DNA of 64,000 nucleotides, from NCBI GenBank assembly GCA_963848295.1, contig CAWKDB010000004.1:270296-334295 (forward strand). The letters run 5' to 3'. The position numbers and the translations under genes are program-made. The notes beneath the pieces were generated by a model that saw only the letters and a list, made by a program, of their open reading frames with translations, searched no databases and was not told where the DNA came from. Source of the stretch: an uncultured delta proteobacterium. GTDB lineage: Bacteria; Myxococcota_A; Polyangia; Haliangiales; Haliangiaceae. This document shows, piece by piece, positions 34,718 through 48,122 of the stretch; within the stretch, counting starts at the first letter, position 1; every line of letters begins with the position of its first letter.

Positions 34718-37700
34718 ATGTCGATGCTTCGCAAAGCGCTCATCACCGCCGCCATCCTCGCGCCAACCCACGCATGGGCGAGCCCAGAGATATGCGGCAA
34801 CGATATTGACGACGATGGCAATGGTCTGACCGACGAAGGTTGCTATCCATCTCTAACAACGGGAGTGTGCGAATCTCCGCTATCTTGCGGCGATACCGGG
34901 ATGGTCAGTTGGACGACTGGCTCACTGCACTATGACCTTCCGCCGGACATTGCACCTGCCGTGCCATTCGGTCCCGGAATAGGATTCAGAAGATTCTATA
35001 CTCCGAGCTATTCCCCAGCTGGACTGACCTTTGGCTCGGTCAATGAACAGCCGCTCGGTCCGGGATGGGGTCACACGTACATGACCTGGCTCGACGCCTA
35101 CACCGTCGGTCCCACGAACTACATCGTCCTGCACACCAGTCAAGGCCGAGACGTACTCTATACGGAAACCGGCGCATGTGGAAGCGATACTTGCTATGCG
35201 CCGCAAGCGGGCGACCACGTGATGTCGCTCAAGTACGATCCAACTAACTTCGTCTACTACGTGCAGCTCCTAACCGGCGAGACCCTGAAGTACAACGCGG
35301 TCGGTCAGATCATCGAGATCTGGGACAACCTTCAGCCGACGCCGAACAAGGTGCTCATCACCTGGACGAGCACCACGAACGGCAACGTCTCTACGGTGAC
35401 CGATGCGTCGGGCCAGCGCCAGCTCTCGTTCACGTACACCAACAACCTGCTAACGTCGCTCCAGTTCCAGATCTACAACTCGTCGATCGGCGGTTGGGTG
35501 GTCCAGCACACCACCACCTACGACTACTCGCTCGGCGTCACGCGCGACGCAACGAGCGGCTGGTACGTTCCGGCGAGCGCCAGCGAGTGGAACGAGCTAC
35601 TTACCGGAACCGGCATAGCGACCCCAACCAACGCCTGGGGATGCCAGGACACTTCGGGCAGCCTCACGTCGATTTCCGGGTTGGGGTCGGTGAGTCTCGC
35701 CGCGCATGGTGCTGGAGGGAGCTATAACCAATCCGTCAGCGGCTGGTCCCGCAAAGCCGTCAAGCTCGCCGACGGCGGCACGTCATACTGGCAATCCGCT
35801 TCGAGCATCTGCAACCCAGCGACGACGAGCTGCACGACGTTGGGCTTGATCGGCATGACGGCGACTCCCGGCGCGGAGCGCGACGTCATCACCGCCGGCG
35901 ACGGCAACGGAATGCGCGGTACGGCCATTGAGCGCACCGGCCCACCCGCAAGGATCTGGGCCGCAGAACGCTGGGACACTTCGAACGACGGTAACGTGAC
36001 CAGTATTACCAATGTGAAGTCGTGGATCATGACTACCAATCACACGAGCTACACAAATCTTACGGTGGACGGCGCTAGCTTCGGAACTCCGACGTGGGCC
36101 ACGGGTACGAGCGCGAATGGCAACCTCACGATCGGCGCGGTTAGCCTCGACTCTGCTGGCAGTGAGTACCTCTATCTCGCGGAGTGGAACGGAACGGCGC
36201 TGACCACTGCGCAGGAAACGACGCTGCATCAGCGTCTCACCAACGGTCCGGGGATCCTCTCGTCCGTAACGATCGGCGGCCAACTCGCGCAGCAATATAA
36301 GTACAGCCCGTCCGGCTACGTGTCTCAGGTTCTCGACGGCGGCGGTACGCAAGTGGCGGCGTTCTCGTTCTCGTCAACGGTTGCCGGCCAGGTGGATTTG
36401 ATCACGACCCCGCGAGGAACCGTGGGCTTTGACTACAGCGCGATGCGTACCGGGTGCACTGGCGATACGATTCTCTACTTCAACGCCAACGGCACCTCGT
36501 GCACGACCGACTCGGACTGCAGCGCGTCGAGCTCGATCTGCGGCGGATCGAATGGCACCACTGGCAGCGGCCGCTGCTTCGTCGCCGGACGATGTATGAC
36601 CACGAGCACGGCGAACGGCGAGGAGGTCGTTACGAATATCGCGTCTCTTGGGCCGACTGGCGTTGGAACGTGCACCGGAGCGTGCGCGGACGTCTCCCAG
36701 TACTCGTGGTCGACGGCGAGCGGTCTCGTAAACGTGATCGGCCGCAAGGACGCGGCCGCAACTTCACTTCCGCCACGTACAACTCGAACGGGCTCCCGAC
36801 CCAGGTGGGGTACGGCGACACGGACAACGATCCGACTAACGGAGGAACGAATCGAACCGCGTACTACTTCTACGACACGACATTCCCGGGCCGGCTCGCC
36901 GAAGTGCGACGACCGAGCGATATCAGCTCGAGCTCATCGAGTTGCTCCGCATCCAACACGACGGGGTGCGAGCGCACGCTCTACACCTACGACTCGACGA
37001 GCCAGCAGCTCAAGACCGTCGAGCAAGACGGCTACACGCTGACAAGCGCCGGCGCCCAAACCACCTACTCGAAGATCATCACGTACTCCCATGACTCCGT
37101 CGGCCGCATCAGCGAGATCGACGGGGCGGTCTCGGGGATAAAGACTACCTACGACTACTACCCGCTCTCGTCAGGATCCAACACGAGCTACCTCCTGGAG
37201 GACGATACAAGGCGCAAACAAGGGAATGGTAATAAACGTACTTTGAGCCGGAAAATCACCGGTGTACGACTTCTGGGGACAATCTGACGAGATTGTCAAG
37301 GATTCCGACGGGCAACTACACCTGCGACACCTATGAGACAGCGCGCGCGGTCTTCTTAGCCATGCGCAAGCGAGCAAATGGATGGGGAAACTCGACGCGC
37401 GGAGGAACGAAGATCACCAGCAAAAGCTGGGCCGGCGATGCTGGGCCGCGTTTGACGGTGCTGACGCGTTCTGACTCGCGCGCGGCGTCTGATACACGTA
37501 CTACATGTTGATGGCATGATTGAAGAAGATGAACCGAAGCGATGATCTGGCAACTGAAAGAGCGAGAGTGGTGATGATCAGATTATTTACGACGTTGACG
37601 GTCCCATCGACTCAGTATTCAGACCGTAGAACTGCGGCGGAACGCGCGACGCGCAAGCAGAAAGTACTGGCTCTGACCAGGGTTCGGCCAGCTCGAAGAG

Positions 37701-40320
37701 AATTATTAACCTGGAGGCGACGTTGACGTAGACGAATCTCGTCGACGACGTCGTCGGCAAGCTCAACGAAGTCGACGGTTACAGGAGCCCGTCTCAGACC
37801 GTATTCGACTACTACAGCACGCTGGTGCGACAACGGGTTACCTCGGTCGAGAAGAACAGGTCTAGCTTGAGCCTCGGAGACGTGGAAACTGCTCCACGCC
37901 TGGACGGGCGGCTGAGCCTCAAGTACACTGACGGCGACAGCAAGGTCACTGGAAGCACGCGCGACGAACCTCGGCGTCTGGTGAATCTGATGTTGCCTGG
38001 ATCTCGCTCATTCTATGATTCGCGCTCCGACGACGTGGCTAGTTGACTGACTACGATCTCGTTGAAGACGTAGGTGGAGCCAGACCCGCGACCGATGAGG
38101 CGTTCACTGATGACTTCCTGACCCGTACGCGGAGCGCTGATGATCAAGGCTCGTGCGCGATGACCTGAACAGCGCATCCTGAAAATCGAGCGAAGCCACG
38201 ACGCGCTTCCTCCCTGCGTGACCTGCTCGATGAACCGCGGTTGGAAGAATCCGCTCGTGGGTCGAGCTGGCCGACGTCGATGTGATCTGAATGTGCTCGT
38301 CGACAGACATAGGTACAGTAATGGCTCGCTCGATCAGCTGTACGTCTTCCACATCCAATGAACCTCGGGACGTGCCGCCGAAGAGAAGATCTCGAACGAT
38401 ACCAAGAGCGGACAGCCAACGACAAGCCCACCTACGACGCTGACGGCGACCTGATCAAGGTGTACTCCTTTCCTTCGACGGCTGAAGATCGACTGGAACG
38501 ACGGTGCTGGGGGCGTTTCGGACTTTGATCTCGCGGACCGTGATCAGCCGGACGCTGAAGTGTCCCGGTGATCGACACGGTCGCCTGGAACCCGTTCGAC
38601 CGTGGGCGTCTTACGACTGGGGGGCAAAGATCGGCGGCACGGCGCTTCAGAACGCCGCGGCTCGGGACAAGTCCGTACCAGATCACGAACGTCTAGGTGC
38701 TCGAGTGGGCACGAGCGGAACGGTGAACGCGGAGGTCGATGTCGCCCGCGACAACATGAATCGCGCCACTTCTCGCGTCTACTCGCCGGCCGTCACTGGG
38801 CTCACAAACTCGTATGATCTCTACGACGAGCAGAGCCGCGTGACCTGCGAGACGACGACCGCCGTTACTACGTGCCCGACCACGGGCTCGGGATAAAAGA
38901 CAACCACAGCCTGTCGCCGACGTTCATGAACCAGAAGATTGGAAGCACTCTTGCGCCCGATCGAGGGGAGCACTGGCGGCCTGACGAACAATTCAACTCG
39001 TCCGGCATGGGCTACGGCACTACGCATCAGATCACTGATATCAACCAGTCCGACGACCCCGGCGTTCGGCCAGACTGCTATGGCCTACGACGAGTTCGGC
39101 AACCGGTCGAACGACGACAACACGACGCATGACGAGCGATCGCCGCGACTACACGTACGACGCGCGCCACAACCTCGTGAACGTCGCGGGCAGTACTACA
39201 CCGGGAGCGCGTGGCACTACTACGACGTCGCGAACGCGTTCGACGCGAGGAATCGCCGCGCCTCCAAGTGGTTTACGACGAGACGACGACCAAGACGGTC
39301 AGTGGTTCTTCTACTACGACGCTTTCGACCGGCTGACGGAGGCCGGTAAACTCCGACATCTCGTCGCCAAGCACAAACTCTGTGTTTCACCTGTTCTGGC
39401 TCAACGAGAAGCTCGTGGCCTACTGGCAGGTGGATATCCACGACAACGTCGAAGCGTAACTGACGTCGGACGAGGCTGACCGTCCGCTGCAGCTCTGGAA
39501 CTGGCCTTCCAGCGGCGACGCGATTCGGTCTGGGCCATCAACCCTAGCGCGTGGGGGTTCGACACAAACGTCGTTGGGTCGAGCGTGTATCAACCAATCT
39601 TATTTGCTGGAGTATCAAGACGCCAAAACGATCGCATTTAGAACGACGGCGCGACCACACATCGTCCGGGACTTGCCATCAACGGCTTCCGGAACTCCGA
39701 TCCACTTCTCGGCAAGTACCTTCAAATGGATTCGCGCGCGCCCCAAACGCGGAGCAGCTATGTCTACGATGACAGCTCGCCGGTAGCCAATACCAATTCA
39801 ACGGGCCTCATGATGGCGAATGGCTTTCATCGTTCTGATACTTGCATGTCTCCGACGACTATTCGGCGTGACAGACAACTGAATTGATGGTGGTGGTGGT
39901 GGCGGTGGCGGTGGCGGTGGCGGCGGCGGTGGCGGTGGCGGTGGCGGTGGCGGGGACGGTGTCGGGGACGGGGGTGGAAGCGGTAGCAACGGCAGAGCCG
40001 GCGGTAGCGTCGATTGCGACACGGTAGGAACTGGATATCTTCCAAGCGATGATTTGGACTTAATGGCGACGAGGGACTTGGCGAGTGCGCGCGAAGCAAT
40101 GGGGGGGCCAAGGCGGCGGAAGTGGGAGCAGTGGTCAGACGCCTATCCCCGTGCGGCGACTGAGGAATTAGATTGCCATCTGCGCAGCTTGTACGGCCAA
40201 ATCAATCGTACAGTTTCCACAGTGGGACTACAACCGCCACGACAAGTGGTAGATCGGTTGCATATTCTTCACGATTCCGGCCAGAAGTCGAACTTGAGCT
40301 CGTCTAAGTACAATCACTAG
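34718..40320 (+). CDS. Secreted RHS/YD-repeat protein (clean to about 36760, increasingly broken after 37200)
   Basis: Signal peptide AWA-S, PEICGNDIDDDGNGLTDEGC, a DUF6531-like segment (GFRRFY...PLGPGWGHTY) and YD repeats. RHS core signature INGFRNSDPLLGKYLQMD at 39678-39731. The end coordinate is approximate. Confidence 0.8.
39889..39951 (+). repeat. (GGT/GGC)n poly-glycine tract
   Basis: About 21 consecutive GGY triplets just after the RHS core motif. Confidence 0.85.
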
Positions 40321-41599
40321 CAATTGACCAGTTTTCCAAACTATTGTACCAATCCAAGTTTTGCTCATGAACATCCGCGTTCGTGCCAACGTGACATCGG
40401 CGGCGGTCGTGATCAGGCATGCGGAGCCTGGGACTCCTGCACCAGCACCGGTATCTAGCTCTAGGCGATTGTTGTTGTGGGACTGTCCGCCAGACGGTAG
40501 GACAGCGTTTGGTAAGTCCTCGCGCTGCCACGTCGTGACAAGCGCGAGGACTTACCCAAGTAATCGGCGACCGACGACCGGACTGCGGACCTAACTAACC
40601 AAGCACGTCACGCAACGCGCGTCAGGACGGCAGGACCGGTCACGCCGAGGGGTTATAAACTCGAGCCCAGGCTGATCGCGTTCGATAGGCCATTGAACGA
40701 CTGCCGCAGGTCCGACCGCTCGGTCGCGATGCACACGCGCGCGAGCGCGGGATCAACTTAACAACGAGCGGACCTACCAATACGAACTTCGATTCGGGCA
40801 AGTGTTCCCCTGCTTGTAGCAGCCGAGAGTCCTTGGAACCGGATCGAGTGTGTCATCCCAGCTACCACGACAGAGCGCCAATGAACGTGAACGACGCCGC
40901 CAATACCCAGAACAGTCCGACCTCGCTGATTTCTTCTCCACGTGTTACGCGTTGCCCTGGATGCACCAAAGCCTTCTGTAGGTGCCCAGCTCGTCACGTA
41001 TCGTGCACCGCGTGAATCTGATCAAGCGGGACGTCGTGAACGACGTAGATCTCGATTCCAGAATCGAGATCGTCCGAGACGCTCACAATTGTGCCGTCAG
41101 CAGACGCGATGACGGATCGACTTTCATCGCCGGGCCGAAGTCAACGCCATCATGAGCGCGGACGCGCAGACGAGGGCTCCCATCCGGGTCGGGTGAGACC
41201 GCGTTCACGTCACCATAGGGCGAAAGTACTGACGGGCAACAACTGTTCACGATCACAAGAGCAAGAACCGTCGAGCAATGTGATTCAACGTAGCCGACGA
41301 TCGACAAGTTCGAACGGTAGGCTGCGATCACGACTGCGCCGCGGTTCTCAGCCGATTCTCTGGCCATGCGGTTCTGATAAGTATCTCGCGCTCTCTCAGT
41401 TCGACTCGCCTGGCCCGTTGTGGCCGGACACGTCCGCCGGGTCGTTATGGCGTGACCATCGTCGTGGTCAAGGTGCCGGGCCCTCGGGGAACCAATAGGC
41501 CTCCGGCGTCGCAGTGAGATCGATTGACGTGCCGATCGAGCACCGATCTCGAAGACGTCAGTCTGACCGGCGGTCAGAATGCGGCGGAATTGCTGGCTG

Positions 41600-42960
41600 C
41601 GGTAAAGCCGTCTCGATTGTCGCGGTGTCCTGTAGCGTCGTCTGGCCGCGTTGATCGAGCACCGAGTTGACGGTGACGTAGTAGCGCGACGCGACGCCGA
41701 CGGTTGGCGGGCTCGACGACAGCGTCAGCGTCGTGCTGATGCTTAGTCATCAGTGCTGGTGCCAAACACGTTGCCATTCATCTGCGGCTAACGACCATAC
41801 CTAGTCCGGCTCGAGCGGTGCCCGATCGGAGACGGTGGACAGTTCGCGATGCAAGCAGGCGCCCGAAGATCGCGGTGTTGGTTGTGCCGGGGAGCTGGAT
41901 GAACCGGTACGTGTAGTAGCGGCAGCATGCGACTGGGTCCACGTACTCGGAAGGCTCGCCAGATGCCCAAGTCGCGGATACTGCGGTCGAGTCGGTCTTG
42001 TAACCCGGCGCGAAGATCAGGTAGACGGGCTCGCTGGTGAAGAAGCCGCGCGTTTCGGCTTCCGGCAGCGTGCTGATCGCGAGCGTCGAGAGTTCGTAGG
42101 TTGTGAGCCCGGCGAGTGAGCGGTCGGTCGGCTGCAAACGCGGCCGATTCATGGACAGTTGGAGGTGGTGGTCGTCAGCCGGGGTGAACGCGCCGGCCAG
42201 AGTCGCTGTGCCGCCGTTGGCGACATCGAAGGAGTCGGGAAAGAAGGTCTCGGCGGCTATGCAAAACATGTGGACGCTGTCGGTCTGCGTCGCGAGATGC
42301 GTCAGCGTGAGCTGATCACCGGACGAGCCGTCGATCAAGTTCGGGACGTATGTGGACCAGAGGACTTGAAGCCAGACAGGCTCGTCGCGGCGATTTGCGG
42401 CGCGCCGGAACCGCGCGCTCTCCCATGCCGTACGCGCTCGTGGCGCTTCCGGGCGAAGAACATCTGGAGCTCGTGCGTCAATGCCAGGCCTCGAGACGGT
42501 GAGTCGAAGGTCAAGTCGATCCGCGCGGTGGCGCGCCGGTCGTCGGCGCGCGACGAGCGAGTAACTGAGGTCCACGCTGTCGGCTCTCATCTGAGGTAGC
42601 GCGTGCCGAGGACGAGGTAGAACGAAGCGCCGGGAGGTTCGGGATCGAAAACGTTCCCGTCCATCGCGCCGCTGCCGCTGTATTCGGTGAACGACGGAAG
42701 CGTGAGGGCCGAGATCGGTGTCGCTGACAGATTGAAGGTAGTACGATGCCCCGGCGGGTGACGAAGGTGATGTCGAGCGTGCCGGACACCGTGCGAAGAG
42801 ATCGGCGCGTGTCCGGCGCATCGACGCTCGCATCCGCAGGGTTGTGCTGCTCGAGCCCCCGATCGGAGGACCAGACTGCAATCGCCGACGTCCACGCCGC
42901 GTCTTCATCGGCGAAATCTAACGCACTCAAGCGCGAGCCCGTCGGGATTGCAACGCTTGC
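41600..42960 (-). pseudogene. Degraded secreted/lipoprotein gene
   Basis: Protein-like pieces in alternating frames (PADASVDAPD linker, VSGTLDITF, DQLTLTHL, LAISTLP). Boundaries approximate. Confidence 0.45.
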
Positions 42961-43111
42961 AATGCGACAAAAGTTCGTATTGACACGACGGCCGACCAGC
43001 GGCGCTATGGCCGAACCGGCAGCCCTTCAAACAAGGTCGTGAAGCCGAGCCTGAATCGAAGCGCGGTCATGCTCCAGTACTATGTGCTCCGAATCCAACG
43101 GTCTCGCGGTA

Positions 43112-43750
43112 CTAAGAGCGGGCCGCATCGAGCTCAGCCGCGACCTGGGCTATCAGCGCTGCCGGCACAATCGCACGAGCGTGCGGCCCCACTCGAGGAC
43201 GATGACACAAGCGGCGCAGGCTCGCGCGGTGAAGGACAAGCGAGCGTCCGTCGGGAAGCTCGGTGATCGGTGGGTTGGGTGCCAGCTCGAGACGAGACGA
43301 GATGCGCTTGCTCGCGGCTCGAACTCGATGACGACGTGATGCGGACCAGTTGCGTCGCGTAGGTGCGGACCAAATGCGCCTTCGAGTACTTCGGCGATTC
43401 CCGTCCTCGGGGATGTGGAAGTCGTGGCCCTTGAGGTACTCGGCTTCCGTGAAGCGCTCGATCGCGAAGACTGAGCGGCGAGCCACCACGGCATTTCGGC
43501 GGTGCTGAAGCCGCGCGCCGATCGCATAGAGACCCTGTCGGTACATGGCCAACGGAACGGCGAGCAGGCCCCTTGTGCGCGCCCGCGCCCATCAGCGTAG
43601 CGGTAGCGAACGAGCTTCCGATTGATGATCCGGTCTGGAGCGCCTCGATGATGTCGTTCTTCGCCCTCGTACGACTTCGTGCCGTGGTCGGCATGTACAC
43701 GCATAGGGCGCCGAAGGCTGCTAGCTCAGAATATCTCTCGTCCGTTCATA
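43112..43750 (-). pseudogene. Hypothetical protein, fragmented
   Basis: Overlapping frames with a natural amino-acid composition (KNDIIEALQTG, IERFTEAEYLKGHDFHIPE). Confidence 0.3.
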
Positions 43751-46229
43751 CGCTTCTCCAGCTTCATCAAAACGCTAACCACATCTTCGAGAAATTGCGT
43801 CTGCTTGAAACATGAAAATCCCGAAGCACCGGCAACGTGAAGCGTTCGCTCTTTGTGATCCTTCACCGGGCGAGTAGTTCGTTCTGCGGTGAGACACGCA
43901 TAGTCGCCGTCGCCTGCTTCGTGACTTCATGTCGCGGCCCTCGTCCTGGAGCTCGGCGAGGTCGCGCCTGACGGTGCGCTGGCTCTCCGATCTCTTCGGC
44001 GATCCCCTACCCAGCGGGCGCGTTCAACCCCTCGGCGCTCATCCACAACCCGAAGTGCTGGCGAACCTGCCCGAAATTAATCCGCCGATACATGCAGACC
44101 CCAACGCGATGGAAGGTCCACAATCGTGGGCAAAGCCGGGGAACAAAGCCTCCAGAAGGGGTCCATGGGTACCTGATCCAGCGGTTCTGCGAAGGTCTGA
44201 CTAACTGACCAGGTTATGGTCCCGGGAACCTCCAGTTAGGCAAAAGTTCCGGACTGCGTCTCGTACCTTGTTGCTCATGACGACGAAGCTCCTCCAAGTC
44301 CGAGCACCAATACCCGCCCCTTGCGCGCGACCTCAGCGGAAACCTACCGGCCATCCCTGAGGGGACGCGAGCATGGCGCACCGTCGCAAAGTTCCGGCCG
44401 CCCCCGGGAGATCAGAGGCCCCCACAAGCAGCTCATTCGTCTACCCGTTAGAGACGACGTGCGAGGACCTCGTGGAGCTGTGGTACCGGCGTGTACGGCG
44501 TCGATGCTCTGAACGAGATCGGCGAACTGCTGGGCGATGAACACGTGTCCGAGTGGGACTGGACCGACGGCGTTCGCGATCTTCGCACCGGGACGCAGGA
44601 GGTGTTGAAGCCACGAGCGGTCATTGCGTCTGCTGGTGCGCGTGACTCGGCCCTCGGTGCGTCTCGACGCCGTGACGCAGATGATGCGAACGAATAGCGA
44701 GGCGTTGCGAATCGTGACGGACTCGGACGTGGACCTGGCGAAGACGCCTGAGACCGTGAAGGGGCTCCCACGCAACGCGGGGTGGCTGTCGATAACGAAG
44801 AGCGACGAAACCGACGATGACGACAACAACGAGGATGAGCCGAACAAGCGATCGCCGCACTGGCTCGAGTTACTCATGCCAGTCGCCGGAAGCCGGCGGA
44901 GATGGCCCGGTTTCGTCATCGGAAAGGTGATGCACGGAGGATGACTCGGGATCAATCCGTCACCGCCTGGAATCCGCCGCAAGGCGCCGAAGGAAGATGA
45001 TTCGCGACTCGGATTCCGTCCCGACTGGGAACTTCGTGTCCTCTCACGATCTCTCGTACGCGGCGCGGAAAGTGCAGGGAAACGAGCCGTAGAGAGACAC
45101 GAGTGGCCTCTGGAGCCGCGTCGCGGCGCTCCAGGACGGATCCATGGCTCATCCTCATAGTGGAGCGGCTGAGCGCGATCGAGCGGCCGCTCGCTGCTGA
45201 AGAAATCGAAACGCTCATGCGCGCGATCGCGATGTCCCAGTAGGAGGAGCGGACCAGGTTTCTCGAATCGATCGAGGCGTTGCCTGTCGATGGCGGAACG
45301 CGTTCTGTCGCGACGTCGCCGTGGCGATTCGTGAGTCGTCGTCGGCGTCAGCGTCATGACGCAACGCGCTTGCACTCACAACATTCCGAAATCTAAAACA
45401 CGAAGGTGATTCCATGTCAAGCACGACTGCAAGAACTGAAGCCCTGAGCGACGAGACATCGAGAGTCTTCTATCGGTAACCAAGGTCGATCGACGCCATG
45501 CGACTCGCGGCGGATACTCTACGCCACCGAAGCCTACCCGGCCGAGCGCGCGGCGTCGGACGAAGCCGGAGCAGGTCCACCAAAACCGCCAAGGCCCAAT
45601 TCGAAGTTCATGCGTTCGATCGCGGACAACATCAAGGTTAAGCTGCTGGCGATCTCGTTCATGTTCGACCGACAACCTGGCGTTGGAGCTCTTAGGGCGA
45701 GAATCGCGGAGCATTGGACGAATCGGATAGCTCGCTAACCGAAGAGCCTCTGCCTCTTGTTCGCGATGCATCCCGGTGACGCAGCACTCTCGACTCGTGT
45801 GATCTCGACGAGGATGGGACGAGCTCTGCGTCGTGAGTACGCTGAGATGAGCTCGTCCGTGAGCTCATCCGGGCCGGATCCGCCGCTCGATGCGCCCGAT
45901 GTTCTCCTCGCCGTTGAACCTCTGTCGGAGAGCGACGTGGAGCTCAAACGAAAGGCGCAGGAGGTGGCGACTCGGTTCGGCGCGCTCGTAATGGTTGACG
46001 AGCGTGAACCTTCGAATACCGTTCCCTCGCATGCCGTCGGAGCCCACAACCAGGTCGCTTTCGACTCTCCGATCGGTTGCTCGAGCGGATCATTCGGCAC
46101 GCGAGGCGGCTCGGTAAGGGGCAGCGCGGTGTCCGATTCGCGCGGAACGACTCGATCCGGCCTTGTCGAGCGGCGCTCGATCGCTCAAGGGCAAGGATCG
46201 TGCAGCGTTAGCGCGAGGGGCCGAACAGA

Positions 46230-47290
46230 TCTCGGCCCGTATTCGGACCGCGCCGGGTATCGCGTCGTTCAAGTCGACGCGGCGGCAATTCGCGAAACGG
46301 CGTTCTCGACCGAGGAGAAGGCCGAGCGCTATGTCGAGATCTGCGCGCGCGCCTAGACCGGGAAGAAGGGACGACCAGACCGCGTCTTGGTCTAGTCCCG
46401 GCTACACCTTCAGGGGAAGGGGAACAAACAGGCGTCGATCGACGTCACGGAGGGGCCCTCAAGCAGTTCTTACCCGTCGCCGGTCTTGCTCCAGCTGCTC
46501 TCGGCAAAGCGATGCAAGGCATTGACGGGATCTCGGCTCGCCCGCACGCCCGTACCAAGAAGCTGTTGTCGCGGGAGACGAACCGCAGCATCCTTGCGCA
46601 GGCGAAGAGCTTCCTCACCTGGTGCGTCGAGCGCGGTCGGCTACGCGCGAACCCGTGCGCGCTGTGAAGGGCATCGGCCGCCGCCGGCCCCGCGGCAAGT
46701 CGCTCGGCAAAGACGGCAACGCGCTACACGTCAAGGAAGCGCGGCTTTGGTACGTGAAGGCGCTGGAACTCGCGCAAGGGTGACGAAGGCGCCACGGGGG
46801 CGCTCGTTGCGCTCTTGCTCGGGATGCGCGCAAGCGAGATCGTTTCTCGTCGAGGATGCGATCGATGAAGACGATCCGGCCGCGAGCTGCTGTGGACTCC
46901 ATGAGAAGAACGGGGGGCCGCCGCACCCTCGAAGGGCCCGCGGTGGTGCGCCCGCGCCTGGTTCGTTGCTCCAAGGACAAGCCGGCAGACGCGTTCCTTT
47001 TCCAAACGGAGAGGCCATCCGGCTGGCGCGATTCGATCATCGGCAACGTACGTCGCGTGTGGGTCCGGAAAAGGCTCGCCCGTCACAGCCGATGCAATGC
47101 GTGGCTTACTCGCGAAGGTCACCGCCGACGGGACTCGCGGGCGACTTCATCGCCGCTACCTCGGTCACGAGGACGAGCGAACGACGATGACTCCTATGCC
47201 GCTTCGGTTTAGCCAAGGCGGGTACAAATCGGACAGTCGTGCTCCAAAAGGGGTCCGGCGATCGCGGTTGACCCAACGGCGGCGCTGAGC
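46230..47290 (+). pseudogene. Tyrosine recombinase / phage integrase, heavily frameshifted
   Basis: N-terminal arm-binding-like GPYSDRAGYRVV...FSTEEKAERY. Fragments FLTWCV...NP, LLGMRASEI (catalytic Arg box) and RYLGHEDERTT (H box) followed by a TAT codon. Adjacent to att-like sites. Confidence 0.72.
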
Positions 47291-47329
47291 AGCGAACTAA
47301 AGGGCCGCAGGCTGGCTGACCTCATGGTC

Positions 47330-47482
47330 CAATCGTTCCGCAATCGTTCCGCAACTGCATTTTGCCCACTGCAAACAAAAGGGCCTGGCGACCTCACGAG
47401 TCCTTTTGGTTTCCTGGTAGCGCGGAAGCGTTCCGCAGGCGGTGCAACGTCTCGGATGTTCTGGGAGAAGTCGCGGAACGGA
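47330..47482. other. att-like site: arm repeats plus tRNA 3'-end core (47415-47425) and terminator-like trailer
   Basis: Tandem CAATCGTTCCG x2 (47330-47351), CGTTCCGCA again at 47429 and an inverted GCGGAACG near 47473. The - strand reads CCGCGCTACCA (tRNA-Met-like end), then GGAAACCAAAAGGACTCGTGAG...CCCTTTTGTTT. Confidence 0.6.
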
Positions 47483-47515
47483 TGCGAACCGACTCGGCTC
47501 GTATATCTTGATCTC

Positions 47516-47746
47516 GTGACCGCGCTTCGGGCTCATGTCGTCCACGGAAGGATCGTCGTTGACGAGCCGGTCGATCTACCCGACGGCGCCGAGGTTCGCG
47601 TCTATCTCTACGACGCGGCCGCCGACAACATGAGCAAGGAAGAACGCGCCGCCCTCGAGCAAGCGCTCGAACGTAGCGTGGCGCAGGCGGATGCTGGCGA
47701 GCTGATCGATGCCGACGCCGTTCTGGACGAGCTCCGTGATCAGTGA
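47516..47746 (+). CDS. Antitoxin (small acidic protein)
   Basis: GRIVVDEPVDLPDGAEVRV...LERSVAQADAGELIDADAVLDEL. Its stop overlaps the toxin start (GTGA). Confidence 0.75.
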   Translation: MTALRAHVVHGRIVVDEPVDLPDGAEVRVYLYDAAADNMSKEERAALEQALERSVAQADAGELIDADAVLDELRDQ

Positions 47747-48042
47747 GAGTTCGCTTCACGCCGCAGGCTTGGCTGTCGGTCCGAGAGAAGCACACGTCGT
47801 GGGAGCAGCATCGCGAGAAGGCTTCCGCGCTCTTTGTCGAGGAGCTGTCCGTAATCGTGAGGAAGCTGCGCGATGGCACGGACGCGGAGCGTCAGCCGTT
47901 CGGGGCGCGTGGCGGCCGGATCGTGTGGGGAATCCTCATGCCGAAGACGCGTAACCACGTCTACTACCGAGTCGACGATGCTGGTGACGTCGAAGTGTTG
48001 CTCGCCTGGAACGCGATCGCCGGGCGCATGCCGGACGTGTAG
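47743..48042 (+). CDS. RelE/ParE family toxin
   Basis: MRVRFTPQA...LF.EEL...ILMPKTRNHVYYRV...VEVLLAWN. Confidence 0.8.
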   Translation: MRVRFTPQAWLSVREKHTSWEQHREKASALFVEELSVIVRKLRDGTDAERQPFGARGGRIVWGILMPKTRNHVYYRVDDAGDVEVLLAWNAIAGRMPDV

Positions 48043-48122
48043 CTCCACGGTTGAGATCTCTTGAGGAACGGATCCGGCCGTAACTCCGCGTCTCGTCAGG
48101 GGACCTCTAGATCTGGGGAACG

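Noticed and set aside
34205..37042. 945-aa lipoprotein-RHS fusion
   Set aside because: An internal SD, ATG and second signal peptide at 34718, plus an alternative-frame stop at 34715, show two genes joined by a frameshift.
39798..40111. Poly-Pro or His/Arg-repeat proteins on the minus strand
   Set aside because: These are antisense readings of the poly-Gly tract of the RHS gene.
43900..46100. Replication or excisionase genes of the integrative element
   Set aside because: Only fragmentary ORFs with no motif I can support; sequence quality is too poor.
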